Shown here piece after piece: positions 47,970 to 58,225 of a DNA stretch of 64,000 nucleotides (its first letter is position 1; each line of letters starts with the position of its first letter). Made by a program: the position numbers and the translations under genes. Origin of the DNA: Alphaproteobacteria bacterium (GTDB lineage Bacteria; Pseudomonadota; Alphaproteobacteria; UBA7887). The stretch covers positions 1,360,981 through 1,424,980 of the forward strand of contig OZ241752.1 of assembly GCA_965201155.1 (NCBI GenBank), in the 5' to 3' direction. Under the pieces are notes generated by a model. The model saw only the letters and a list, made by a program, of their open reading frames with translations. It had not been told where the DNA came from and did not search any database.

Positions 47970-48782
47970 ATGGAGCAGATCATGACACCCATTTCATGCT
48001 ACATTCGGACACTCAATGAAGAGCGCCGGATAGCGCGCACCATTCGCGCCGCAATGTCTGTCGCCAGTGAAGTGGTAGTTGTGGATTCCGGGTCCTCTGA
48101 CGCAACGGTTGCCATTGCGGAGAACGAGGGTGCGCGGGTGATTGAGCAACCCTGGCTTGGCCGGGGGCGTCAGAAGCGGTTCGGAGAGGAAGCCTGTCAA
48201 CATGACTGGCTTCTCGATGTCGATGCCGATGAGATTCTCAGCGGCGAGTTGATCGAGGAAATTCGTACGCTCTTCGCGACGGGGGAACTTGCCGCAGACA
48301 TCTACACGTTTCCCTTGGTGATGGTTGATCCCACAGGGCGTGTGTGGCGCAAAGCCAAGTCTCGGCGTTGCGCCAAACTCTATGATCGGCGAAAAATTCG
48401 TATGCCCGCGCACGGAGCATGGGACCAGTTTGTTATACCGGACAATCTCAAGGTCGAGCGTCTGAAAGGAGCTTTGCTGCATCACAGTTTCGGCGATATA
48501 AGCCGTTTTTCGCGTAAACAAAGCCATACCATGACTCAAAGGATTCGGCATCTTGACCGGAGACCGTTTTACGAGAGCGTATTCAAGGTATATTTCATGT
48601 TGCCATTTTATTTCTTCAAGCGATATGTCCTGCGCAGCATGTGGCGTGAGGGCGCTTACGGATTTATGTGCGCCGTATCAGGTGCGTATAATCATTGGCT
48701 CAGAGACGCAATGCTGTACGAAAAGTATTTCCTGCATGTAGAGGTTAGTGAGCCAGAGCCCGTCGAAGATATCGAACGGTAG
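47970..48782 (+). CDS. glycosyltransferase family 2 (KdtX/WaaE-like LPS core)
   Basis: ISCYIRTLNEERRIARTI..VVVVDSGSSDATVAIAE..LLDVDADE. Confidence 0.85.
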   Translation: MEQIMTPISCYIRTLNEERRIARTIRAAMSVASEVVVVDSGSSDATVAIAENEGARVIEQPWLGRGRQKRFGEEACQHDWLLDVDADEILSGELIEEIRTLFATGELAADIYTFPLVMVDPTGRVWRKAKSRRCAKLYDRRKIRMPAHGAWDQFVIPDNLKVERLKGALLHHSFGDISRFSRKQSHTMTQRIRHLDRRPFYESVFKVYFMLPFYFFKRYVLRSMWREGAYGFMCAVSGAYNHWLRDAMLYEKYFLHVEVSEPEPVEDIER

Positions 48783-48921
48783 TGGTGGTGCCGTTGTCAG
48801 CGTAATCGAGAAAAAACAAATCTCTTTTGGAGTCATTCCTATATAACTTGTTGATATATCATTTATTTCCAAAACTGGTGGTCAAAACTGGACCGAGTGC
48901 CGCGTTGACGATGAGGTTTCC

Positions 48922-50739
48922 ATGTACCGGAAGGCAGATATACCCCGGCGGGGTGGCAAGGTGTTTGGCGAGATTGTGCGGCGGGGGCTTTCGCGCAGGC
49001 GGGTGCTTGTCGGGGGGGCTGCAGCGGCGGTGGGGTTTCTCGGCCTCGGGCGGGCGCCGGGGGCGGCGCCGGCGGTCGGGTTTGCGCCGGTGCGGGTGGC
49101 TGACGGGCATGGACCGGTGCCGGTGATTTCGCCGGACTACAATTATTCAGTGCTAATCCCGTGGGGGGAGCCGGTGGCACCCGGCGGGCCGCAGTTTCGC
49201 CATCCGCCGGCGCCGGACGACCAGGCGCGGCAGATCGGCATCGGGCATGACGGCATGACGTTCTTTCCGCTGGGCGAAAACGGCAGTCGCCGCGGCCTTC
49301 TGGCGGTCAATCACGAGTTCGGCGCCAATATGCGCGTTATCGGCACACCGGCGCCGGCGACGCCGGACGATGTACGCTCGGCGCAGCATGCGATTGGCGC
49401 CGCCGTGGTGGAGATCGAGGAGCAGGAATTCGGCTTGTGGCAGCCCGTGGCAAGCCGGTATGCGCGGCGGATTCATGCGCGAACGCCGATAGCCTTTTCC
49501 GGCCCCGCCGCCGACAGTGCGTTTCTGCGTACGCCGTGCGGCGCCGCCCCCGCAGGAATGATCAACAATTGCGCTGACGGCGAGACGCCGTGGCGCACAT
49601 GGCTTACCTGCGAGGAAAATATCCACTTCTATTTCGGCCATCATGCCGGCAATGACTTCAGCGCCGCCGGCGCGCCGGAGGCCCCTACCCCGGCCCAGGC
49701 GCGTTATGGCTTCCGTTTTCAGCCTTCCGGTTATGGCTGGGAGCGTTTCGATCCGCGGTTCGACCTGCGCCATCCGGGGCATGTCAACGAGGAAAACCGC
49801 TTTGGCTGGGTGGTGGAGATCGACCCGTTCGACCCGGCGCGTGTTCCGGTCAAGCGCACGGCGCTGGGGCGGTTCAAGCATGAAGGCGCCGCGGTCACGG
49901 TGGGCGCCGGCAATCGTGTCGTCGTCTATATGGGCGATGACGAGCGTTTCGAATATATCTACAAGTTCGTTTCCGATGGCGACCACGCCGCCCTGCGGGC
50001 GCGCGGCGAAAGCCCGCTGGACCGGGGCGTTCTGTATGCGGCGCGGTTCCATGAGGATTTCACCGGGGAGTGGCTCCCGCTCGCCCCGGACAACCCGGCG
50101 GTTCGCCGCGCCGGCTTCACGAGCCAGGCCGAAATCGTGACCTTTGCCCGCCTGGCGGCCGATGCGGCGGGCGCGACCCCCATGGACCGGCCGGAATGGG
50201 CGGCGGTGGCGCCGGGCGGCGATGTCTACATGTCGCTGACCAACAACAGCGAACGCAGGGCGGCCGACAACGCCAACCCGCGTGCGCCCAATCTTCACGG
50301 GCATATCGTTCGCTGGCGCGACCGCGGCGATGCGACCGGGTTGTCGTTCGACTGGGACATCTTTCTCATTGCCGAGGAAACCCACGGCACCGAGGCATCA
50401 TTCGCGGCTCCGGACGGGTTATGGGCCGATCCGGACGGACGGTTGTTCATCGAGACGGACGGGCGGCAGAGCGACGGTCTCAACAATCAGCTTCTGGTGG
50501 CCGACACGGCGACCGGCGCGGTGCGCCGCCTGCTCACCGGGGTTACCGGCGACGAGATCACCGGCATTGCCTCCACGCCGGACCAGCGGACGTTGTTCGT
50601 CAATGTCCAGCATCCCGGTAATGGCGATCCGCGCGTCACCAATTTTCCTGTCATGAACGCTGTGCCGGACGGCGTGACGCCGCCGCGCGACGCAACGCTG
50701 GTCATCACGCGCCGCGACGGCGCTATTGTCGGTTCATGA
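48922..50739 (+). CDS. phoX: PhoX-family alkaline phosphatase (DUF839), Tat-exported
   Basis: SRRRVLVGGAAAAVGFLG Tat signal, plus ..LAVNHEF..DGETPWRTWLTCEEN..GRFKHEGA..MDRPEW..LFVNVQHPG. Confidence 0.9.
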   Translation: MYRKADIPRRGGKVFGEIVRRGLSRRRVLVGGAAAAVGFLGLGRAPGAAPAVGFAPVRVADGHGPVPVISPDYNYSVLIPWGEPVAPGGPQFRHPPAPDDQARQIGIGHDGMTFFPLGENGSRRGLLAVNHEFGANMRVIGTPAPATPDDVRSAQHAIGAAVVEIEEQEFGLWQPVASRYARRIHARTPIAFSGPAADSAFLRTPCGAAPAGMINNCADGETPWRTWLTCEENIHFYFGHHAGNDFSAAGAPEAPTPAQARYGFRFQPSGYGWERFDPRFDLRHPGHVNEENRFGWVVEIDPFDPARVPVKRTALGRFKHEGAAVTVGAGNRVVVYMGDDERFEYIYKFVSDGDHAALRARGESPLDRGVLYAARFHEDFTGEWLPLAPDNPAVRRAGFTSQAEIVTFARLAADAAGATPMDRPEWAAVAPGGDVYMSLTNNSERRAADNANPRAPNLHGHIVRWRDRGDATGLSFDWDIFLIAEETHGTEASFAAPDGLWADPDGRLFIETDGRQSDGLNNQLLVADTATGAVRRLLTGVTGDEITGIASTPDQRTLFVNVQHPGNGDPRVTNFPVMNAVPDGVTPPRDATLVITRRDGAIVGS

Positions 50740-50863
50740 CCGATGTTTCCCGTGAAACACTGCCGGCAGCGCCTGGCTTCTCGCGGCCGCGGGGCGGTGG
50801 ACGCAGGTTGTTTCCCGCCGCCATCCATGGTAGCCAGCGCCCGCTGACTTCAAGGGGAATGAC

Positions 50864-51361
50864 ATGAGCGACGAAACGGGCGCGGCGCCGCAACCGCAAG
50901 GCGCCGCCCAGGTGACATTTGCCGTGCGCGCGCAGTACATCAAGGACTTGTCCTTTGAAAACCCCGGCGCCGCACAGGCCGCCGCCGGAGGGGAGCCGCC
51001 GAAGGTACATATTTCCGTCACGGTCAATGGACGGGAAATGGGCGAGGAAACGCATGAAGTCGAACTGAAGCTGGAAGTGCGCGCCGAACGGGGTGAGAAT
51101 GTGGCGTTCATCGCCGAGCTGACCTATGCCGGCATGTTCCATGTCAGCGGCGTGGCGGCGCCGCAATTGCGTCCCTTGATCATGGTGGAATGCCCGCGGT
51201 ACCTTTTTCCGTTCGCGCGGCGCATCATTGCCGACTGCACACGCGATGGCGGCTTTCCGCCTCTCATGCTGGACCCGATCGACTTCGCGGCGCTGTTCCG
51301 GCGTTCGGAATCCGCGCGCCAGAATGCCAATGGCGGACAGGGCGGACAGGCACTGAATTAA
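50864..51361 (+). CDS. secB: protein-export chaperone SecB
   Basis: QYIKDLSFENP..AELTYAGMFHV..IMVECPRYLFPFARRIIADCTRDGGFPPLMLDPIDF. Confidence 0.93.
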   Translation: MSDETGAAPQPQGAAQVTFAVRAQYIKDLSFENPGAAQAAAGGEPPKVHISVTVNGREMGEETHEVELKLEVRAERGENVAFIAELTYAGMFHVSGVAAPQLRPLIMVECPRYLFPFARRIIADCTRDGGFPPLMLDPIDFAALFRRSESARQNANGGQGGQALN

Positions 51362-51501
51362 CCGCATGCGACATGAATGATGTGTCGATGACTCCATGCC
51401 GCTGCGGCCAGACAGGTTTCCGTTTTCCGACATTTCCTCAGCATATAGACTTGACCACGCGCGCAATGCTGCCTAACTAGCGGAAAACTGGAGGGCTGGT
51501 C

Positions 51502-52020
51502 ATGGATATGGACAGTATCGTCGAGAAAATGAAACGCGAGCTTGCGAAAGCGGAAGAACGCAAGACAGCGCTGGCGAAGGACATGCAGGAAGCCGAAGAC
51601 AGGGTTGCAAGGCTGAATACGGCGCTGGAGGAAATAGGAAAGCTGAGCACCCCCCGCGCCCCGGCAGCGCCGCGGCCGGTGCGCCGTTTCCGGGGCCGGA
51701 TCACCGCCAAGGACGCAATCTATCGCGCGCTGGTGGCGAATGGCGAACAGGGAGCCAAGGTGGCAGTGCTGCGCGACCGCGCCGCCCAGGAATATGGCCG
51801 CAAGATCACCCCCACCGCCGCGAGCAAGGCGCTGTGGACGCTGGGGAAAGAAGGCCGCATCCGCCGCGAAGGCTTCCTTTGGTTCGTCGTTGATGCCGGG
51901 CAGGCGCCGCTGATTGCGGCGGAGGAAACCGCTGCTGCACCCGCGGCGCAGGCTGAAAGCCCCTCGTCCGAAAGCGCACCCGGCGGCGTGCCCGCAACGG
52001 GAACCGAAGGACTGACCTAA
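51502..52020 (+). CDS. hypothetical coiled-coil / winged-helix-like protein
   Basis: 172-aa ORF with an N-terminal heptad-like segment and then ..AIYRALVANGEQGAKVAVLRDRAAQEYG... . No family recognised. Confidence 0.5.
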   Translation: MDMDSIVEKMKRELAKAEERKTALAKDMQEAEDRVARLNTALEEIGKLSTPRAPAAPRPVRRFRGRITAKDAIYRALVANGEQGAKVAVLRDRAAQEYGRKITPTAASKALWTLGKEGRIRREGFLWFVVDAGQAPLIAAEETAAAPAAQAESPSSESAPGGVPATGTEGLT

Positions 52021-52067
52021 GGAACGCCGCCCGGCGCCAAACCGGCGTACCGGGTGTCAGACAGGGG

Positions 52068-53027
52068 TCAGGGACAGGGCGGCGCCGGCGCGCTGGTCTC
52101 GAATTTGCGCCATAGCTGAAACACCGAACGCTGGAACTCGCGCTGCACCAGGGCGAGGCTGGCGTGGGGTTCCGGCAGTTCCACAAGCAGCGCTTCGGCG
52201 CGGCTGTCGCCGCGCTGCCACGCGCATGTCACATGATCGCGCACGAAACCCAGATAGTCGGCGAGAACCAAAAGCGGCGCCGGCTCGGTGATCAGCGGGC
52301 CATGGCCGGGGACCAGCCGACGCCACGGCCATGAAGCCATTTCCGCCAGATACGCCTGCCATATGGTGGCGTCGCCGTGCGGCAGGGAAGGCACGCGCCC
52401 GTTGAACACCAGATCGCCGGCGAACAGGGTGCCGGTGTTGCGGTCCATGATCATCAAATCGCCGGCCGTATGGCCGCGCTCGCGGACGATGATGTCAACC
52501 GGGCGCGCGCCGAGGTCCAGCACCATGTCAGCCTCGATCAGGCGGTCGGCAGCGCCGATATCCGTACCTGCCATCCATTCCGCGCCCGCCAGGCGGGTGA
52601 TGTTTTGCAGTATCTGTTCGCCTTCCCGCGCCAGCCATGACGCGGCGCCGCGGTGCATGACCACCTCTGCGCCGGCGTCACGAAAGACGGGAATACCGAA
52701 CGCATGATCGAAATGATGATGGGTGACGACGACATAGCGCAGCGGGCGGTCGGTATGCGCCCGGATCACGCGCAGCATCTGCTCGGCGAACAGGCGGGTG
52801 GGTCCGGTATCGACGGCGAGCACAGCGTCCTCGCCGATTATGAACCCGATATTGGCGATATTGGCGCCATTGCCGGGCGACACTTCTTCCTGCGCGCCCC
52901 ACATGACGTAGACGCCGGGGGCGATTTCCTGCGGCGCCAATTCATAGTCGGTTGCTGAGGCGGGCGGCGCGAGCAGCGCCGCCGTCAGCAGAAACAGCGC
53001 CGCCGGAAGTGAGTGCAGCGCTGTCAT
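52068..53027 (-). CDS. SoxH-like metallo-beta-lactamase-fold hydrolase, secreted
   Basis: Signal peptide, the THHHFDH zinc motif and GHTAGD. Confidence 0.85.
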   Translation of the reverse strand: MTALHSLPAALFLLTAALLAPPASATDYELAPQEIAPGVYVMWGAQEEVSPGNGANIANIGFIIGEDAVLAVDTGPTRLFAEQMLRVIRAHTDRPLRYVVVTHHHFDHAFGIPVFRDAGAEVVMHRGAASWLAREGEQILQNITRLAGAEWMAGTDIGAADRLIEADMVLDLGARPVDIIVRERGHTAGDLMIMDRNTGTLFAGDLVFNGRVPSLPHGDATIWQAYLAEMASWPWRRLVPGHGPLITEPAPLLVLADYLGFVRDHVTCAWQRGDSRAEALLVELPEPHASLALVQREFQRSVFQLWRKFETSAPAPPCP

Positions 53028-53053
53028 GCCGGGGTTTGCGAACGCGGCGCCGA

Positions 53054-53815
53054 TTACATGGACGGCGCCGGGCTCATCAATTCAAACGCGAGGCCGCCCG
53101 TATCGCGTGCGGCGACGTGCACGGATTGCGGCTTGCCGGGCAGATCGAAATGAAACACGGGATCGTGCGACAGGGCGGCCCAGGTCTCCAGGTCCGCCAG
53201 ACGGCCATTTTCATCCTCCAGCGCGACGCGCTCGATATGGTAGGCGGCGATGATGTCGCCGGCGTCGTCGGTGGCAAAGCCGGTGTGCATGGGATGGGTG
53301 ATCTGCACCTTCAGCCGGCTGGCGCCGCCGGCGCGGTCGAACTGTTTGAGGGCAATATCGCCGATTGATGCGACCATGTCCTCGGGCACGGTGGAGCATC
53401 CGCCGGGGCTGTTGACGGTAACGAAGGTATGCGCGACATGCCACACGCCCGAGTCATCGCGCGCGGCGACGCGCACCGGCGTGGATTGTTCGAGGCGAAT
53501 GTTCATCCCCACTGCGTGCAGCGGGCGGTGGGGATAGATACGCACGGCGGCCTGGATGGGATTGTTTTCCGCGAATACCGCGATCTCGGAAAACATCTCG
53601 CCGCGCGTCCTCACCACAACCGGCACGTTGTGCGCTTCTTCCACCCAGTCCGGCATGACAAGGCGCACCTTGTCGTCATAGACGACCGGACCGCCGGCCA
53701 GTTCGGATTCGACCATGTCCGCCCAGACGGGGGAGCGCAGCGGGTCCTGGTCGGACGCGGCAACCGCCCATGCGGGGGCGAGGGCGAGAATGAAGGCAAG
53801 AAACGCACGTGGCAT
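53054..53815 (-). CDS. fused SoxY-SoxZ-like carrier protein (paralog 1)
   Basis: Signal peptide, a SoxY-like half ending in ..VTVNSPGGCS, and a SoxZ-like half with ..ITHPMHTGF. Confidence 0.8.
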   Translation of the reverse strand: MPRAFLAFILALAPAWAVAASDQDPLRSPVWADMVESELAGGPVVYDDKVRLVMPDWVEEAHNVPVVVRTRGEMFSEIAVFAENNPIQAAVRIYPHRPLHAVGMNIRLEQSTPVRVAARDDSGVWHVAHTFVTVNSPGGCSTVPEDMVASIGDIALKQFDRAGGASRLKVQITHPMHTGFATDDAGDIIAAYHIERVALEDENGRLADLETWAALSHDPVFHFDLPGKPQSVHVAARDTGGLAFELMSPAPSM

Positions 53816-53853
53816 GAAACCAATTCCTTTCGCTGACGCCTGTTCGCCGGCGG

Positions 53854-54633
53854 CTATGTGGTGGGGTCGAGATCGCCGCTCTGGAAGCGCAGGCCGGCGC
53901 TGTCTTCCGCCGTCACGCGGACGGTGCGCTTGCCTTCCACGAGGTCGAAGAGGAACACGGGGTCGCTGGACAGTGCGGCGTGTGTGGCGAGCGTCGCGAT
54001 GGCGCCGTCTTCATCGGCCAGTTCCACGCGGTTGATGTAGTAGGCGGGCACTGCGGCGCCGTCCTCGGTGACAGCGAGGCCGGTATCCATCGGGTGGTTG
54101 ATCTTGAGTTTCACGCGGCTGGCGCCGCCGGCGCGGTCGAACTGGCGCACGGCGATTTCTCCCAGCGCGCTTGCCGCGCCGGGATTGAGCGCCGAACAGC
54201 CGCCCGGGACCAGCACGCTGACGCGCTTGTTGACCACATGCCAGACGCCGTCCGCATCCATTGCTGCGGCGCGTACGGGGCCGGAGCCTTCCAGCCTGAT
54301 ATTGAATCCGACTGCCTGGATATAGCGATGCGGAATGATTCGCACTGCCGTCTGGATCGGGTTGTTCTCGGCGAACAGGGCGATCTCGGCGACCTTGCCG
54401 AACCCGCGTGTGAGCTTGATCATCACCGGCACGCTGAACGGGTCTTCCACCGTGTCGGGCATGGCAAGATGCAGTGCGCGGTCATAGACGACCGGGCCGC
54501 CGCCCAGTTCCATCTCCACGATATCCGCCCACATGCCGGACCCGAGCGGGTCGCGCTCATTCTCGCCGGCGATGCCGGCTGCGCTGCTGCCTGTCATGAC
54601 GGCCACAAGCGCCGCCGCCAGAAGTCTCATCAT
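53854..54633 (-). CDS. fused SoxY-SoxZ-like carrier protein (paralog 2)
   Basis: Same architecture as paralog 1: ..VSVLVPGGCS.. and ..INHPMDTGL.. . Confidence 0.8.
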   Translation of the reverse strand: MMRLLAAALVAVMTGSSAAGIAGENERDPLGSGMWADIVEMELGGGPVVYDRALHLAMPDTVEDPFSVPVMIKLTRGFGKVAEIALFAENNPIQTAVRIIPHRYIQAVGFNIRLEGSGPVRAAAMDADGVWHVVNKRVSVLVPGGCSALNPGAASALGEIAVRQFDRAGGASRVKLKINHPMDTGLAVTEDGAAVPAYYINRVELADEDGAIATLATHAALSSDPVFLFDLVEGKRTVRVTAEDSAGLRFQSGDLDPTT

Positions 54634-54729
54634 GGGTCGCTCCCCCCGTTTGCCGCTGGAATACATGGCGTCGCGGAGGATTGTATATTAGTTTTCGGCC
54701 ACCGAAAAGCGAGATGAGGAGCAGAGAGC

Positions 54730-55578
54730 ATGTCGGACGGAAACGGGGCGCGCAACGCGGCAGAAAACACGCCTGATATCTCGGCGGCAGGGCTGAAGGA
54801 AATGGCGGAAAAGCTGCGCGTGCTGCTGGCGATCCGCACCATGCCGGTCGGCCTCAAACTGTTCGAGGATGTGGACGAGATGATGGCGGTGCGCGGCATT
54901 CGCACGCCGACCCCCGGGTTCCGTTTCACCGGCTGCCAGTTGGTGACGCAGGCGCGCCTTGCCGGCTTCACGCTCGGCATCGTGCATGACAATGTGCGCG
55001 GCCACAGCAATTGCGGCGGCATTTTCGGCCTCAACGAACCGGGCGAGGATTATCTCTCCGGCGAACAGATGGACGGTGTGTGGTTTGAAAACCGCGCCGC
55101 CGCGAAAGCCCATCAGGACCTGATGGTGCGCGTCCCTGCCGGGCGTTATCACGGCGTCTGCGCGTCGCCGCTGCGCAGTGCGCGTCTCGACCCGCCGGAT
55201 ATCATCCTGATCTACGCCAATCCGGCGCAGATGATCCTCATCGTCAACGGCCTGCAATGGAAACGCTACCGCCGCTATGACATGACCATCACCGGCGAGA
55301 CTGCCTGTTCCGATTCCTGGGGCCGGGCGCTGGCGACGCGCGAGACGAGTATTTCCATTCCGTGTTATGCGGAACGCCGCTTTGGCGGCGTTGCCGATGA
55401 CGAACTGCTCATTGCCCTGCCGCCCGACGAACTGGCGCGCGCCGTCGAGGGGCTGGAAGGGTTGTCGCGCGTCGGCCTGCGCTATCCCATCCCGCCCTAT
55501 GGCGCGCATATGGACCCGGCGCTGGGCATGGCGCGCAGCTATCCCGCCGGCAAGGCGCCTTCTGCCCGCGCTGGATGA
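54730..55578 (+). CDS. DUF169 domain protein
   Basis: ..LLAIRTMPVGLKLFED..FRFTGCQLVTQAR..NCGGIFGL..PDIILIYANPAQM.. . Confidence 0.8.
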   Translation: MSDGNGARNAAENTPDISAAGLKEMAEKLRVLLAIRTMPVGLKLFEDVDEMMAVRGIRTPTPGFRFTGCQLVTQARLAGFTLGIVHDNVRGHSNCGGIFGLNEPGEDYLSGEQMDGVWFENRAAAKAHQDLMVRVPAGRYHGVCASPLRSARLDPPDIILIYANPAQMILIVNGLQWKRYRRYDMTITGETACSDSWGRALATRETSISIPCYAERRFGGVADDELLIALPPDELARAVEGLEGLSRVGLRYPIPPYGAHMDPALGMARSYPAGKAPSARAG

Positions 55579-55594
55579 GCGGCGCCCGCAGCCC

Positions 55595-56419
55595 ATGCTG
55601 AGCGCCGCAGACATCGCCCGCTACCGGCGCGACGGGCAGGTCGTGCCGGACTATACCGTGCCGGCGCCGCTGCTCGCCGCCATGCGGGAAGCGCTGGACC
55701 GGCTGCTCGCCGCCAATCCCGGCCATACCAGCGATTCCATGGTGTGCCCGCATCTTGTCCATGACGGGGCGCAGGACACGCTGGAGACGCCGCTGCGCGG
55801 TGCGCCGGAATGGATGAGGTTCGCGGCAATTCCCGAAATCCTGGATATGGTTTCGCAGCTTGTCGGCCCCGACCTCGTCCTGTGGGGCACGACGGTGTTC
55901 GGAAAACCCGCCCGCTGCGGCCGCGAGACGCCTTGGCATCAGGACGCGATGTACTGGCCGATCGACCCGCCAGCCACCTGCTCGGTGTGGATCGCGCTGG
56001 ACGACGCCGCGCCCGACAATGGCTGCCTGCGTGTGGTCCACGGCTCGCACCGCGCGGGGCAGATGATGGCCCACCGGGTGGTGGGCGGGCGCGATGTGGT
56101 GCTGTCGTTCGAGGCCGAGGCGGCGGCCGATGCCGACAGCCGCGCGCATGATGTGGTGTTGCGGGCGGGGCAGATTTCCCTGCACGACATTCATTTGCTT
56201 CATGGTTCCAATGCGAACCGCTCGGGCCGGCGGCGCGCCGCGTTCGTGCTGCGCCTGATGCCGGCGGCGTCGCTGTTCGACCGCGCGCTCGGCGCCCGCT
56301 GGGCGCAAGAGGGGCGGCGGCTGGATTTCAGCCGCCGCCGCATCATTCTGGTGCGCGGCGCAAACCGGCATCACGGGAATGACTTTTCTATCGGCGCCGC
56401 GGCGGGCATTCCCGCATGA
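55595..56419 (+). CDS. phytanoyl-CoA dioxygenase (PhyH) family Fe(II)/2-OG oxygenase
   Basis: ..[47 protein letters not shown].. . Start is ATG 55595. Confidence 0.85.
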   Translation: MLSAADIARYRRDGQVVPDYTVPAPLLAAMREALDRLLAANPGHTSDSMVCPHLVHDGAQDTLETPLRGAPEWMRFAAIPEILDMVSQLVGPDLVLWGTTVFGKPARCGRETPWHQDAMYWPIDPPATCSVWIALDDAAPDNGCLRVVHGSHRAGQMMAHRVVGGRDVVLSFEAEAAADADSRAHDVVLRAGQISLHDIHLLHGSNANRSGRRRAAFVLRLMPAASLFDRALGARWAQEGRRLDFSRRRIILVRGANRHHGNDFSIGAAAGIPA

Positions 56420-58212
56420 CGACGACGCATATTCGCAATTTCGCGATCATCGCTCATATCGATCACGGGAAATCGACGCTGGCCGACCGGCTCATCGAAC
56501 GCTGCGGCGGCCTCGATGCGCGCGAAATGTCGGCGCAAGTGCTCGATTCCATGGATATCGAACGCGAGCGCGGCATTACCATCAAGGCGCAGACTGTGCG
56601 TCTCGCCTATCGTGCCGGCGACGGCGCTGTGTGGCAGTTGAATCTCATCGATACGCCCGGTCATGTGGATTTTTCCTATGAAGTGAGCCGCAGCCTTGCA
56701 GCCTGCGAAGGCTCGCTGCTGGTGGTGGACGCCAGCCAGGGCGTGGAGGCGCAAACGCTGGCCAATGTCTACAAGGCCATCGACCAGGACCATGAAATCG
56801 TCATCGCGCTGAACAAGGTCGACCTGCCGGCGGCGGAGCCGGACCGCGTGCGCACGCAGATCGCCGACATGGTGGGGCTGGACGCCGATGATGCGCTGGA
56901 AATCTCGGCCAAGACCGGACAGGGCGTCGATGCGGTGCTGGAAGCGCTGGTCGAACGCCTGCCGCCGCCGGCCGGAGACCGCACCGCGCCGCTCAAGGCG
57001 CTGCTGGTGGATAGCTGGTACGACGCCTATCTTGGCGTCATCGTGCTGGTCCGCGTTCAGGACGGGGAATTGCGCAAGGGCCGGAAGGTCCGGTTCATGG
57101 CGACCGGCACGGCGCACCAGATCGACCGTGTGGGCGTCTTCACGCCCAAGGCGACGCCCGTGGATGCGCTGGGGCCCGGGGAAGTCGGCTTCATCACTGC
57201 TGCCATCAAGACCGTGGCCGATACGCGCGTCGGCGATACGATCACCGACGACCGCCGCCCCGCCGCCGACGCATTGCCGGGCTTCCGGCCCAGCATCCCG
57301 GTGGTGTTCTGCGGACTCTACCCCGCCGACAAGGCCGACTATGAGCGGCTGCGCGAAAGCCTTGCCAAGCTGCGCCTGAACGACGCCAGTTTCCAGTATG
57401 ATGCGGAGACGTCAGCGGCGCTGGGCCTCGGCTTTCGCTGCGGCTTTCTCGGCCTGCTGCATCTGGAGATCGTGCAGGAGCGGCTGGAGCGGGAGTTCGA
57501 CCTCGACCTCGTGACGACGGCGCCCAGCGTCATCTACCGGGTGCACAGTACTGCCAGCGCAGCGCTGGAACTGCACAACCCGGCTGACCTGCCCGACCCG
57601 GTGCATATCGCGCATATCGAGGAGCCGTGGATTCGCGCCACCATATTCGTGCCCGGCGACTATCTGGGCGGCGTGCTCGGCCTGTGCACCGACCGCCGCG
57701 GCGAACAGGTGGAACTGACCTATGTCGGCGCGCGCGCGATGGTGGTCTACCGCCTGCCGCTGAATGAAGTGGTGTTCGACTTCTATGACCGCCTGAAGTC
57801 GATCAGCAGCGGCTATGCGAGTTTCGATTATGAACTGGACGGCTACCAGACCGGCAATCTGGTCAAGGTGGCGATCCTGGTCAATGGCGAGACGGTGGAC
57901 AGCCTGGCATTCATGAGCCATTACTCGCGGGCGGAGTCGCGCGGCCGCCAGCTATGCGAAAAACTGAAAACGCTCATCCCGCGCCAGTTGTTCAAGGTCG
58001 CCATACAGGCGGCGGTGGGTGGGCGCGTGATCGCCCGCGAGACGGTGAGCGCCCTGCGCAAGGATGTGACGGCCAAATGCTATGGCGGCGACGCCACCCG
58101 CAAGCGCAAGCTGCTGGAAAAGCAGAAGCGCGGCAAGAAGCGCATGCGCCAGATCGGCAATGTGGAAATTCCGCAGGAGGCGTTTCTCGCGGCGCTGCGT
58201 ATCGAAAACTGA
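56416..58212 (+). CDS. lepA: translation elongation factor 4
   Basis: [36 protein letters not shown]. 598 aa. Confidence 0.97.
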   Translation: MTTTHIRNFAIIAHIDHGKSTLADRLIERCGGLDAREMSAQVLDSMDIERERGITIKAQTVRLAYRAGDGAVWQLNLIDTPGHVDFSYEVSRSLAACEGSLLVVDASQGVEAQTLANVYKAIDQDHEIVIALNKVDLPAAEPDRVRTQIADMVGLDADDALEISAKTGQGVDAVLEALVERLPPPAGDRTAPLKALLVDSWYDAYLGVIVLVRVQDGELRKGRKVRFMATGTAHQIDRVGVFTPKATPVDALGPGEVGFITAAIKTVADTRVGDTITDDRRPAADALPGFRPSIPVVFCGLYPADKADYERLRESLAKLRLNDASFQYDAETSAALGLGFRCGFLGLLHLEIVQERLEREFDLDLVTTAPSVIYRVHSTASAALELHNPADLPDPVHIAHIEEPWIRATIFVPGDYLGGVLGLCTDRRGEQVELTYVGARAMVVYRLPLNEVVFDFYDRLKSISSGYASFDYELDGYQTGNLVKVAILVNGETVDSLAFMSHYSRAESRGRQLCEKLKTLIPRQLFKVAIQAAVGGRVIARETVSALRKDVTAKCYGGDATRKRKLLEKQKRGKKRMRQIGNVEIPQEAFLAALRIEN

Positions 58213-58225
58213 GCGGCGGCGCGCC

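Noticed and set aside
48783-48921. Pho box upstream of phoX
   Set aside because: Only a weak resemblance (TTGTCAgcgtAATCGAg) to CTGTCAT-N4-CTGTCAT was found. The AT-rich region is noted, but no convincing tandem repeat is present.
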